This document shows positions 26,301 to 41,300 of a DNA stretch of 64,000 nucleotides, in pieces (within the stretch, counting starts at the first letter, position 1; every line of letters begins with the position of its first letter). The notes under the pieces were generated by a model. The model was not told the origin of the DNA and made no database searches. It saw nothing but the letters and a program-made list of their open reading frames with translations. The position numbers were made by a program, and so were the translations under genes. The DNA is from Callorhinchus milii (taxonomy: Eukaryota), in assembly GCF_018977255.1 (NCBI RefSeq), contig NW_024704743.1:76882001-76946000 (forward strand). The letters are read 5' to 3'.

Positions 26301-29300
26301 GAAAATACATGATGTTCAAAACCCTGTCCTCAGTAAGTTTAATGGCTGACAAACAATCACAAGACAGCAAAATATGGAGGTTGCAGCAGTAGCAGAGAGA
26401 ACAAGGAACAACATATGGTTTGAATTTACACTGAGAACATAATATACTTCCAGAATTCTTTCATGGAGATCTTTTATATAATTCATGGATAAATGAAATA
26501 CTTACATCATCATCAATTCCCAATATTTTAGAAGCCACAAATTTGAGGATTACAGTTCCAATTAACCAGACAGTTCCTTTAGCTACCTGCAAAATATTAG
26601 TTAGATGATACTTTAATACATTCCATGTTTAGAAATCTATTCTAATTTCATACTGTTATTTAAGCAAACACATGAAGCTACCATTATTTGTTCAATTCTA
26701 ATCCACACTAATATTACAATAGCAGAATGGAAGATAAATGAAATAAACGAGTGATGAATATCATTGGAAATGAACACAAGAATTGGTGCTACAAATTCTG
26801 CCATTTATGAGGCCTGAGAAACACTAAGGCCTAACTGTTAGTTCAAACGATTTTCAGTTCCCTGGTAAACTTAATTGCATTTTCTCAATTATTTCATTCG
26901 AAAAATGAAAGCAACTGCTAAAAGACTCTCAAAAATGTATTTGAAGCCAGCAGCATGGAAACATTTTCTGATCCTTAATCAATCAGCATTTTAATAATAA
27001 ATTATTGCATTTGATACATTACGATAATATCATGAAATCTCAAAACTCTTCACAATTAATTGTTGTTAAATGAAGTGGCTGCACATTTACACTGAATTCC
27101 AAGAATTATTACAGCACAGGTCATTCGACCCAAATAGTCAGTGCTCATACTCTCAAACAAGACTCCAAAAGCCCTCACTTATACAATCTTTCTTAATGGG
27201 CTATTCACAAATTCTGATTAACATCTGAGGAAACCTAGACTAAACTTTCCACATTATTACAATATTCTTGCTACTTGTAAGTAAATGTGGCAGCCAATTT
27301 GGGAACATCAGCAGCTCACAAATAGTCACAAGTTAAATGATTCATGTCTCTCGAGGACTACTCACCAGGATGCCAGGAGAAATGTATTAATAATGATACT
27401 AATAATCCTGGTGTTTGATGTAGCACCTTTCACGCCAAGTGGACTTCACAAAGCATTTCACAGGATATACTGTAACGCATAGTGACTATTTTGTAAGTGA
27501 ACATGGCAGACAATTTGTGCACAAAAATTTCCCCCAAACAGCTGTGGAGTGATTGACTCATTTAATATGGGAGATTGATAGCTAGGGCACTGGGATAAAC
27601 TCCCTTCTCTTTTTCAATAATGCCTGGAGACCTTTAACTTCCACCTAGACAGATAGACGGAACCTCGGTTTAACTCCTCATCTGAATTTCCCTTCTTTTT
27701 CATGGAAAATTAAGCCTTAAGCAACAGAAATTGTATTGTGAAAATCGAGAACAGATTAATATATTTTAAAATATGGCACCATGCTTATCTGTACAAAAAG
27801 TAACTTACACATGCTACATGTATCCTCTGTGGCCAATATTTTGCAGACCAATCTTTCATTCTAATCATTCCCTGCGCGAAAAGAAAATGATCATCATTAA
27901 CATTTGAATATCATAGAACATTTTATAGATGACACCCAACTCTACCTCTCTGCCTCCACCCTTGACTTCAGGACCACTGCTGTACTGACAGAATGTCTGT
28001 CAGACATCAAGTCCTGGATGAGAGCTAACTTTCTTCAGTTGAATGTCAACAAAGTCGAGGCTCTCCCGATTGGCTCCCGTCAGTGCCTCCTCACCTCAGG
28101 CACTGACAGCCTCACCCTCCATGGTTGCTCACTCCACCTTGCTAAGCCAGTCCGGAACCTTGGGGTCATGTTCGACCCTCAACTATCCTTTCTACCCCAC
28201 ATTTGCGCCATGACCCGCTCTGCCTTCCCCCACGTCCACGTCGCCCGGGTCCGACACTGACTTACATCAAGGCTCGACTATGCAAGCTCACTGCTTGTCA
28301 GCCTCCCCGACTCCTCCCTCCATAAGCTACAGATCATCCAGAACTCTGCACCCCTTGTCCTCTCCTGTACTAGGTTCCGCAACTCTATCACCCCCATCCT
28401 CGCCCAACTCTACTGGCTTCCCATCACACAGGGGATACAGTTCAAGATCTTGATCCTCACCTTCAAAGCCCTCCACGGTCTTGCTCCCCCCTACCTCTCC
28501 GACCTCCTAACCCTCTACTACTCGGTTCATTCTCTCCGCTCAGCGGGCTCCGGCCTGCTTCACGTCCTCCGCCTTGCTCGCCCCACTATCAGCGGGTGGG
28601 CTTTTCACCATTCTGCACCCACCCTTTGGAACTCCATCCCGCAATTCCTCCATTTCACCCCCTCCCTCGTCACCTTCAAGACCCACCTCAAGACCTTCCT
28701 CTTCAACCGTGCTTTCAAATTCCCTGATTCCCCCCCTTGCCCTCCACCCTCCACACCCCAACCCCCAGCTCGGGTCCGTAACTCTGGCTGTCCAGTGCCT
28801 TGGAACATCTTCCCGACATGAAAGGCGCTATACAAATGTAATTTTGTTGTTGTTATATTTTCTAAAATAAGTAACATTTTAGATCACATTAGATTTTGGA
28901 TTTGTCTTCACTTTGATTCTCAGAGATTGTACTATAGGATTTTGGTTCACTTTTGGTCAGCTGAATGCCATATTGCATTCTGATTACTCTTTTTGGAATC
29001 CCCTCTCCAATCACGCTGTCCACTACATTTGGAATTATTTTCAATAACTTAAATCATTCACATTTTGCAGGATGCAACACTACATTGCATCAAAATGATA
29101 AACTTCACATCCAAACAAACGGTGCACCATATCTCGTAGCTATTGCACAGGCACACTATTATTTTAAGTTAGCCATGGATTTTGTTCTATGTATTGAGTT
29201 ACATAACTAAAACTAATTTTAACTTGACAAACTTTCTACAAAATACATAATATTAAGATGAGACAGCTTAAACAATACATTTTTCAGCTACATGGGCAGA

Positions 29301-32300
29301 ATTTTATCCCTTAAATTACTGTCAGCTTCTGGGAAATTCCAGTATCCTTGGCCTTACCATTTTGTTTAAAAACAACTTTTGAGGTGACACTGTATGCATA
29401 ATGCTATTACACTAACATTTCAGTAATCTATATATTTAAGGCAATATACTCAGTTCGCATTTCTTTATATTTGGGACAATTTGTAATTTTTATGCGATGC
29501 ATTATAAAATTGGGAGAATGGGGGTTTAGTCACAGCAAATGGCATCGTGCGCTCAGACAACACATTAATTATGGTTTTTAGGTTATAATAATAATCTTTG
29601 CATTTAATATAAAGCCTTATCACATCTTTGAGACATCTCAAATCACTTCACAGAATATACTGTAAAGTGAATTGACTGTACATTTTATGGGCAAAAAGGT
29701 TAATGAGTTTTACTCCTAATTGACCACCAGGAAATGGGCAGCACATCTTGTTGCCACTGGCTATAAGGAAAGCATGTGGCTACTTTATATTTTTCACATT
29801 CTATTAAACTTATAATGGAAGAAGCCACTTGACCAGAGCACCATCACCACCATCAACAACAAAATTACATTTGTATAGTGCCTTTCATGTAGGGAGGACG
29901 TCCCAAGCCGCTGGACAGTCAGTGTTTCGGACCCAAGCTGGAGGTTGGGATTGGGAAGGGTGGAGGGCAGGGGGGGGAAGCAGGGTGATTGAAAGCATGG
30001 TCGAAGAGAAGGGTCTTTAGATGAGTCTTGAAGGAGGCAAGGAAGGGGTAAGGTGAGGGACTGTGGAATGGAGTTCCACAGGGTGAGAGCAAAGTGGCAG
30101 AAGGCCAATGGTGCGGCAGGCAAAGTAGGGGAAGTGAAGCAGGCCAGAGCCCACTGAGCGGAGGAAGCAGGCAGGATGGTAGGGGGTTAGGAGTTCGCAC
30201 AGGTAGTGGGGAGCAAGGCCATGGAGGGCTTTGAAGGTGAGGATCAGAATTTTGAACTGTATCCTCTGAGTGATGGGAAGCCAGTGGAGTCGGGCGAGGA
30301 TGGGGGAGATAGGGTCGCAGAGCCTGGTGCGGGAGAGGTCATGGGCTGCAGAGTTCTGGATGATCTGCAGCCTATGGAGGAAGGAATTGGGAGGCCAACA
30401 AGCAAGGAGCTTGCATAGTCAAGCCTCGATGTTTTGAATGCTTGTATGAGGGTTTTGGCAGCTTGTGGTGTGAGACAGTAGCGGAGTTGGGTGATGTTGC
30501 AGAGGTGGGGGAAGGCAGAGCTGGTCATGGCACGGATGTGGGGTAGAAAGCATAGTTGAGGGTCAAACAAGATGGCAAGGTTCTGGAATGGCTTAGTGAG
30601 TTGAGGTGTGCATCCATAGATGGGCCCATTCAATAGATGTTTCTTGCAAACCCCACCAATTCAGGTAGACAAGGAAAAGGCGAAAGAGCAAATATTTGTT
30701 TACTATTGCTGTGACTGCTTAACGTAACGTGATAAATAGGCTCAAAAAGACAGAACTCATAATAATAATCCTTGCATTTGATATAGCGCCTTATCACGTT
30801 GTCAAGACGTCTCAAAATGCTTCACAGGATTCATTGTAAAGTGTAGTGACTGTGAATTTTGTGGGCGAAACACAAATAAATAGTAAGAGTATTACATCTT
30901 ACTATCAGAGTGTAATATGGGAATCAAGTCACTTACCCAAACAATCACCAGAGAAGAAGCATAGTAGGAGCTTAGCAGCATCGCATTCCCAAACATCAAA
31001 GCAAAACACAACAGGAGGGATATCTGTACAAATTGTAAAACAATTAGGTGCAACAAAATGGTTCAAATTGCCAGCAACATGTAAAAATGAGATTGTCAAT
31101 TCCCAGGTATCTATGGCATTGAATGTTACTGAGATAATTACACTGAATATAGATTTTGTTTACACCGAATATACATTTTAACTCACAGAAAATCTTATCA
31201 ATACTATATAACGGTTACATTTTGAATGCAACACAATGTGCAATGACATTTCACCTGAATTAACTCAGTTATAAATAACTAAAACCACTGAATGCATGTG
31301 ATTTATTACTCTAATATATTAGACACTATAAATTATAATTTTCAGTCATCTAAAGCAGTTAGGCAAAGCAAATGCTCATCAGTTACACAAATGTATTCAG
31401 TGTTCACAGTATCCTTGAAACATTAATTTGACACATTTAAATTAACATTTTACTTAATTTGTAACAGTTAGAAATGTTTGTTTATTTAAAACAGAAAAAT
31501 TCCAATTAAAATGGCAGTTTTGCACATTTATTAATTAGTGATCAGTTGGTCTCCCTCCCCCCAAAAAATCAACTAATACAAAGCAGACAGTAGGCCTGTA
31601 CACTTTGAGCCAATGCAACTCATAAAGGTATAAAAATTACTGACAAGTGTGTTCTGTTTTTATGATAATGTCAGGACTTTCAACTCAGTCTATACTAACA
31701 CTGGAAGTAGTAATCTTTGTATGAGACATTAAACTGAGGTCCTGTCTGCCTGTTTAGGGAGATGTTAAAGATCCAATGACACTATTTGAAAAGAGAAGGA
31801 AGTATCTCCAAATAAGATATAGTCCTAAAATCTTATTAATGAAGAGGATTAAGAACTCAAAGCCAGTGCAGAGCCCTCATGTTTCCTTTTACTTTCATGT
31901 TTGATGTTTTTGTTTTTGGAATAAGATGAAGGCTAAAGATTGAACAACAACAACTTACGATGCTGCTGGGTAGTGTCGTGGAGCGCTTACTATTGGCAGA
32001 GCTCGACACCGAGCCAGGGACACAGGGGAGGTGACTAGGCACGGACAAAGAGGAAGGTCTTCAGATGGGAGGCAGAGAGTTCCAGAGTTTCAGGGCGTAA
32101 TGGCTGAAACCACAGCCGCTGACAGTGGAGCGGAGGGGACAAGAATCATGTAGGTGATGGGGATGTGGAGTTAGATAGTGCTGAGAATATGGGTGGCAGA
32201 GTTCTTAATTAACTGCATATAATGAATGCCAGAACTGTGGAGACCAGCAAAGAGGGCATCAACAAAATCGGGACAGAAGGTGGCGATTTTTGCCTGATCT

Positions 32301-35300
32301 TTGCACATTCGATAGGTTTCTTTTTGTAAGGTCATTCATTGTTGACTATCTTTATCCAGTAAATTGAATTAAAATATTGCGGGGTTAGTTTTATTCTTCT
32401 ATGACATTGGTTGACTTACGAAAAACAACAAAGACACAGAACATCCTCATCAGTATTGCAAAATAAGCTGACAATTTGAAATCAAATTTGTGATTCTGAT
32501 CCAAGACATATAAGACAGCTTTCAAAGGATGAACATTTGGCTGTCAGAATACATGGCAATGATGAACTTCATTACCTATTATACATGAAGTATAAGGAAT
32601 GAATATAATAATGTATCTTTAAATCCCAGATCATTTAATTTTACATTTGCATTTTAGTTTTAATATCTTGTTATTGTTTTAATTCATGAACAACTCAAAG
32701 AAATCAGCTGCAGGTAAAAGATTAAATAATTTTCCATACAGAAATAGGGAATAAATTCTGAAATAAAACAATTATAATCACAAATCTCTGTTCAGCTGAA
32801 ACAATTGAATGCATTTATAAGTTATGAGCAGTGCAATAATTATTTACGCATAATTTACAGTTTACATTAACATACCAATTTTATTTGAATTTATGTAGCT
32901 CTCATTGAAGTGAATAAGGGGTAATATTTACCATGTGAGCATAAAGGATTTCCAGAAGCTTGGAGGAATCAATAAAACCTAAAATGTATGTTGCAAACAG
33001 TGACGCAATCTAAAAACAAAAGCATATCAGAAAAAAAACTTTTACTACAACAATAACTTGCATTTTTATAGCGCCCCTCACGCAGGGTAGTGTCCCACAG
33101 CGCTGGACAGTGGTGGAGCACGACGCCGAGCCGGGGGGAAAGAGTAGATGACCGTAGGCACGGTCAAATAGGAAGGTCTTCAGGCACAACCTGAAGACTA
33201 CAAATAAATATCACATATAATTTCCCCTTGAAAAATAAATTGTGATAAGAGTTAGCAACATAAATTATTTTTGAAGAGGTCATTGTAATTTGAAGCCAAA
33301 ATCTGTGTGAGTCAATCTGTTCACTCATAAATACACTGTTAAACACAATTTTGTGACCTACTGACTGACCTATGCTATTTGATAGAATATAGTGCCACCC
33401 AAAAATATTCATTTTAATTTACTGCTAGTATTCCTTTGCAGCTCAGACAACAACTTGGATTTATATAGTGCCCTCCACGCTGGATGGTGTATCAGAGCGC
33501 TTCACAATAACGGATCCCAGGGCCCAGCCAGGGGGAGGGGAAGACAAGAATTTTACCACCACACCACGATGAAGCTGGCTTCTCATAGTCAACCGCTGCC
33601 AGCCAAAAAATACAGAAGTATTGCTCTAGCTTTGTTTTTAAAAAAATCATGTGGAAAAAATATATAAATATCGTGGCCATGTTTTAAATGTATTAAAATC
33701 ATTTCTGGAATGTTTTACGTGTTGGTGGTCTTGGCAGTATAAATTCACACTAAATTTAGTGATAGACAAAAATAGCCTTGAAAATCACTGTATCCAAGTC
33801 AAATGGGAATACATCAGTGGGTGTCTGTCCACAGGTTTCAGGCCAGATCATATAAGCATTGTTTTGCATAAAGAATCAAAAATACAGGACTTTAGAAGTA
33901 TCTTTTTAAACAATAATAAAAAGAAATGTAAGCGGTTTGAATAGTAGATTTGTATTATTCCATCTTTTAAAAGCAGAAATACATTTGTAATATATTGAAG
34001 TTTTACGTCATTAACCACAATGATATAGTTAGCTCATTCAAATTCGAAACCTCCAAATATCAGCATGTAATTTTGTTCTAATTTTCTCTGATAGATACAG
34101 ATCGATCAAAGCTCTGGCTTCTAACAATTGTCAAATTTGATAATTCTCTACTTTTTTTATATATCCTAAAGTTGGATACCTTAGTATTTAGAAAGTATTT
34201 AGAAGTAAATCTCTGCTCTTCCTAGTATTTATGTACTTTCACCTTTCTTTACCTGTGTGAGGAGCACGAATTGTGCAAACTGCCATGGAAGCATAAAGAG
34301 GATATTTGCAACACCGAAAGCAACCATAGTCCTTTTATCCACAAAGGGAGTCCTATTCAAAAATATATAGGAAAATATGTATCAAAGAAGACACCAAATC
34401 TGAAATAAGCAATGTAAAATAGCAAACAGTAAAATATGCCACAGTACCTCAGTATGTGGGTTAAAAGCAGCATCTGCAGAATTAGGAATGGATAGGAGAA
34501 GCTTTCACGAAGAGGAGGGGTCCACATGACCCTTGTGCACTAAAATAAAAGCAGAGCTTTTCTGTATAAAGTTTCTCAGTCATGAAAAAAAATCAACTCA
34601 ATAAAGTAAAACTCCCACATATGTAGTATCAGTCAGGTCAATAATATTTAATACGACTTACGCAAAGTCAAAGTTGCAGACAAACTAGATGTTGAAGAAA
34701 ATCTGATTTAATCAATAATCTACACTGCACATGCTTAATTTACCTCATATGCACTTACCGGCAAACTTTGGAATCACATTGAATCATGGGAAATTAAGTT
34801 CTTCTGTGCATGCGGCGATGGATGAAGACTACATCTCCCGCGATCAAAGTAGCCGGTAGGTAAATGGGCATGGGTCGATGGCTAAGGACATAATTTCCCG
34901 TAATTCAAGGCCTCCGGATAGCCCGGGAGTAATAGAGGGTAGGGAAGCAGCATTATGAGTTAGTAGGTGAATAATATGAGTAGTGTAAAGAAATCTAATT
35001 GGTTATGATAGAAAACTGAATGGGACTCGGGTGACTTAGGTGTTTATATGATTTATAAAGATAAGACTTAGGTGAGTTTTACTGAACTCACAAAAATCCT
35101 CATGAAAAGTATTAATAAAGAAAACTTTTAACAAATGAGTAATTATGAAATGACATAAGAAAAAGTAGATGTAAATGATATTGTGAGGACTCAGCCTTCA
35201 AAAACATGTATTATTTTTGTGCTACATATTAGAATTAATATTCTTAAATGTTGGGCATTATACTAAAACTAACCACCAATAATTAGTTTCCACTTAAATT

Positions 35301-38300
35301 TATCAAACTCATTTAAGAAAATACATTATTCTCCATTTTTCAGGAAATGTTAAATTCCATACCATTTATGTCTGTAAAATTATTAAGAATTGATGATTAA
35401 TATAGATAAATCAACAATGTCATTAAATGTATCAAGTGGAGAATTATTTCTTAAATATTTGAAATGATATCTATGCAGAGAAGACACTTTGAAGCATGGT
35501 TAATAGATCACAGGAATTTACAAAGTCCAGAATATCAGGGATTAAGAGGGGAGCCGTTGAAGGTAAGAAATGATATACTTGTTACAGCTCCTACAGACAC
35601 AAAGAAAGCATATACAGTAATTGAGGAAGTAATTAAAAAAACACTGCTTCATCAAAGGACATGAAGCAAATTTAGCAGCAGCTTTTATTGCTTCAGAAAA
35701 TGCATATTTGGGTAAAGAGAACCAAGTTTTGCCAGACAGTGTATCCATCTTATTAAAATATGAGTTAAATGTTGGAATGCATAATTTTTTTTAAAAAAAT
35801 GATTTTTTGAAAACTTACCTCACCATGGTTGAAGAAAAAGCAAGATGCAGTGACCACGCCACCAAGTCTGCTTCCACTGTTAAAGAAAGAAAAAACAATT
35901 AGAGCACACACAAAAACAATTACATCATCTTTCTTTTATGCAAATGTTAAGGGGTTTAAGAGGGATATGGATGCTTGGGGAATAAAAATATTAAGAGATA
36001 TGGTGGGTAAGTAGGATTTGGGGGAAGCTGTAGTATATAGATCATGAAATGATCTTTATTGGAAGTGAGCTCAATGGGCTGAATGACATTTGGTTTCTAA
36101 TTTTGTGTATCTAAATCCAATTTTAATTTCTGCTGATATTGTATGCAGCCATTTAAACCTTAACCCGCATTAGTTGTTACATCAGATCACGCCCTCATGT
36201 AAATGAGGGGAGAATGACAACAAGATTTTTTTTTGCAAATTAGATTTAGAACAGTTTCAAACAGATACTTTTCCTTCAAGATGTTTGCAAATTTATTCTG
36301 TAATAATCAGCTTTTTTGAGTTTCAAGAATTTCAGACTTCACATAGTTCCTAATTTAATAACCTGTTAGCTGTCCTCACCCAGGATAGTACAGTTGATCT
36401 CAACTGGTCTGGATAGGGAAGGGAAAAACAATCAGTAGGGGTGCTTGATCTCTATCCTGTGGGAGATGCATTCACATAGATGTCAGGAGAGGATAGGCTC
36501 GGCCTCGGTTACACCTCTCGTGATCACTGCCAAGAGACTCATAAATTTAGGTGAGGTCCTGAAAGTTGTTTAAAAGTGATCAGTATAGAGACAGATAACA
36601 CAAAACAAATACTGTTTCACTGTGAAGCACTTTTAGAAAATACTAATCAAAACTGGATTATGATTCTTAAAAGCAACCCTCCTGGCTCTGAGCAACTTCA
36701 TTCAATACAAGAGTTAATTGGTGCCAACGGGCTTTGCATCTGGAACTTTAACACCAAGAATCTGTCTAACACTGAAGTGCTGAGAAAGTCCTAGCACTAC
36801 TGCTGAGTGGATGACATATTCAACAGTCAACAAATAGAACAAAAGAAATCTGCATTCTTCCATTATCCACTTGGTAAAACCATCAAGTTAATCGTATCCT
36901 TTCATCACCACAGTAAACCTAAGTTTCAAACTACATATTTTCTATTTAACCAATACCACCCAGCTTTAGACAGATTACCAGTATCATTATGTTCCCACAA
37001 CCGGCAAGCAATAGTTCTGAGAACTGTTGAAGATGTCAGCCGCTCAACAGTTGCATTTATGTAGCAGAACTGTTTTAGAATGCCAATAGCTGGGGAGGGG
37101 GCAAACTGCATAGGCCAATGGAAGCAAGATAGTAATTTTTATTGTTAAGTGTACTTCATCATTTTCTTTTTAAAGGCTACCTGATACATTTCAAGTTTCT
37201 AAGAGCAGTTAAAATTCACACACATATCCTTCATGTCTCATTCGCTCTTCACACATCTCATTTATCCAGATATTGCCCTTTTACCTTTACATGAACTGTA
37301 ATCCCCCATAGACATTTTTCATAAAATACTTGATATGCCTCTACATGTTCAGTCTCTCCTGTCCGTTTTCTATTTGGACATCAGTCCATCATCTTTGCAG
37401 TAACATTTGATTTGTAGTATTCCCACTTGATTTTACTGTTCAGAGGAATCTGTGCTAAATGTGAATTATGTTGCTTTATTCTAAACAATGATTTAATGAT
37501 CAGTCATCTTTTAACGAGCTGCTTTAGTAGAACACTACACTCTATCTCCAAATCTCCTTCTCAGAATTTACTGGGTTATTCCTTACACTTTTACTACAAC
37601 ATCACATTGTGCATCAGTTTAACCCTCCCTTAAATAAGCACAATAAAGGAAGCAAGAAGGACTCCAATGACAATTAGTTTCTATAGTATGAATTTTTCAG
37701 TCACAATCTTCTGCTGAAAACGCTGACAGTCATAGAATCGTAGAATCATAGAATATTACCGGACCGAAGGACGCCATTCGGCCAATCATGCTTGGGCCAG
37801 CTCTTTGGAAGAGCTACCCAATCAGTCCCACTTCTCCGCTCTTTCCCCATATCCTTGCAACTTTTTCCTTTTCAAGTACCTATCCAATTCCCTTTTGATA
37901 GTTGTTGTTGAATCTGCTTCAACCATCCTTTCCAGCAGTGCATTCTAGACCGCAACAATTCTCTAAAATTCTCCTCATCTCCACTCTGGTTCTTTTGCCA
38001 ATTATCTTAAATCTATGTCGCCTGGTTACTGACCCACCTGCCAGTAGAAACCGTTTCTCCCTATCTACTCTTATCAAAACCCCTCATAAATGTGAACACC
38101 TCTCCTTCTCTGCTCTAAGGAGAACAATCCCAGCTTCTCTTGTCTTTCCACATAACTGAAGTCCCTCATCCCTGGTACCATTCTGCTAAATCTCCTCTAC
38201 ATCCTCTCCAAGACCTCAATATCCTTCCTAAAGTGTCATAGTCTCATGAGCGAGTCAGTCTCAAGCCTAGACCCAAACAGAAACGTTTCATAACACGCAT

Positions 38301-41300
38301 CCTACCCTTTACATTAATCAGGCTCAGTTGATAGCTTTCTAAAGGATGTAGTTCTAGTCCCGTATCAGGACACTGAACTCAGTCTAGACTGACACTAAAT
38401 GCAGTGATAGATGTGCATTGCCAAAATGCAATATAAATGGATTTGTTGTTGTTGCATTGGTCAGAATTGACGTCCTTCAGACAATACTTTAAACTAAGCT
38501 ACTGTCTGCCTGTTCTGGTGGATGTTAAAGATCGCATGGCACTAGTGTTTGAAAAGAAAAGGGAATTTTTCCCAGTGTGCTGGTCAATAACCCCCTGGAT
38601 AAAATCGGTCAGTCACTTAATTGCTGTCTCTGGGATATTGCTGTGTACAAATTGGCTGCCATAGTAACCTATAAAATATCCAATAACTAGACTTTACAGT
38701 AAATCCTATGGAGACATCCTCCTGACCTGACAAGACATATTTACTAAAGATTAAAGGCAAGTGAGATGGATGTAATATTTTTAAAGCTTATATTAAGCAG
38801 AAATCTAAAATCCTAGGATTATTTTCCCAAAGCAAAATAATCACTTTTTAACTGAAACACCACACATGACAAACAATAATAAAGTTTGGGTATTTACAAA
38901 TAAACCCAAATTGAGTTTACATAAAAACAAAGTCCATCATGATTAATTGCTTTCTTTCCAGTAAAACTTTAATCCAAATATTAACATGCCATATTGTTCT
39001 GAGTTTAAATTTTGAAGAGACAAACAGAATATTAAAACTATGTGTGTTTTATCATGCTTAAAATTACTAATATTATGCTAATTTTATGCAACTGTTTGCC
39101 TCCACTACAGTGATGATTGTGTGTGTGTGTGTGAATGTAAAGATATTTTTTATTAGAGGGCGATTTCCATTTTACAATCTTGGCTGGCGCAGGATACATT
39201 TAAGGTTGAAATAGTGTGCTAGTGATGGGTTCCAGGAATACCACAAATCTGCAAAGAAGATTAGCAGTACAGCAGGTCAAGATCCGGGTCCAGCTTTATT
39301 TACAAGGACTTCACTCTCAGCGGGATAGTAATGAAACTTCAGCTGTGTTTTCCTCTCCAGCAATGAGAATTGCGCAATCTCTGACAACTTTTGATGATGA
39401 GAGGAAGGCATGCAGAAAAGAAATGAACAGGCTAAAAGAGGCAATGAACAAAGTAAACACAATTCAAACCAATCTGTGGCTTAAACAATGGTTGTTAGGT
39501 AAGGTGGCAAGTGGTTGGAACATATGTGCAAAGATTAATTCAAAATTATGTTTATAATCAGCAGCTAAGACCTTCAAAGCAGTACTAAAACCCACAGGTT
39601 TCTCAGCAGGGTCTTGGACACATACACTATGCTTAAAAGTATCCAAACCAAATTACTGAAAAGCTGCACGTATGTATGGAAATTTCCCTTTGTCTTGTAT
39701 GGAATGCACTTTCTCCCTCCTGGAGGGTTGCATCCTGGTTACCTCAGCAGTTTAGCCTAATGCTTGATGACCCCATAGTGTGTCCTGACTGCGCTATTGC
39801 TGGAAATTAACCAGTTAAAACCACACAGCTTACTGTTGCGGACACCGTCAAACTTCCAGGTAGGACTATCCAACCTGCCACGACTTTGTAACTACCAACA
39901 GCTTCTTCTCCTGCCCTTGTGGTGTACCCCAGGGTTCTGTCCACGGTCCTCTCCATTTTAATATTTACATGCTCCCGCTCGGGGATATCATTCACCAGGC
40001 TTGGGGTCAACTTCCACACGTATGCGAATGACACCTAACTCTCTCTTTCTCTCTTTGCTTCTGATGTCCTGACGGAGTATCTGTCAGACGTCCAGTCCTG
40101 GATGAGAGTCAATGTTCTCCAGTTGAATGTCGACAAGACCAAGGCCCTCCTGAAAAGTTGTCTTGGTCATAGACTGAGTTTAGAAGAGAGCTCAGGGTCA
40201 AACAAAGCGCCTAAGTTGCCTACTAGCTCAGCTAGATTGTCTGAGCCCAAGGAGGAAAGAAAAGAAAGTGTTGGCAGGAGCCAAGCAGGGTACTTCATGG
40301 CAGCAAAGGTAAACCACTTTAAAATGACACAAAGCAACCTACAAAAGTACTCCCAGTATAAGAGCTTTATTAAGGACAGATTATAAGAAATCTGCAAAAG
40401 AAGCATATGTAGAATCATGCTTTGACAACAGAATACACTCTGTGGTTCATTAGGTCAGTGTCATCCCAAAGGTTGGTGATTCATGTAAAGTAAATGGTTT
40501 TACGAATAACTTGTAACAGGTGAACACAAAATATAAAAATTGCAATTTATGATATAAACCCTTTGTTTATGGTGGTATAATATTTTCTTACCTCAAATAT
40601 GTCCCATAGAGGAAAAACAATGACATCATGAGTCCATTTAAAATAAAAACAAATGTTACATAAAAGTAAGCTGGATCTCCCATTCCTGTAAAACAAAAAA
40701 AGGAAAACATCAGTTTACCAGCTCTGTACAAATTAGATATTAAAGATGAGTCAAATATTCACACATCACCGGTAGAATCTTAAGAACTTACCTTCACAAC
40801 TTTCCACAGGATTCAGGCCGTGCCCTCTATTTACACTCCAGCACATTTTGATTGAAATACCAAAAGCATCTGTTATGGAAATAAAGCTCCGGTACCAGCT
40901 GGCCAGAACTACCTGCCAAGAAACGTTACCATGTTTTTTCCATTAAAAAAACATTTTTGAACTAAACACTTTATATATCATCTGAATCTGATTATCTTTA
41001 TACACCATAAATGAGAAAGTAATGTGCATCTACATTGTGCCTTTCATGCAGGGTAACAACAAAAAAGCATTTTACAGACATTATAAACACTGAACAAGGA
41101 GGATTGGGGGAGTGAGGAGGTGGGAGGTAACCACAGGCACAATGATAGGTTTTCAGGAGACTTTTAAAGACTGATTGGGGTCAGAGGCAGAGGGGTTTAG
41201 CAAATGAGTTCCAGATAGGCTGAAGATTTGGCTGCGGAAATTTATCCTTGCATTTGATATAGCAACTTTCATAATGGGAGGACGTCTCAAAGCACTTCAC

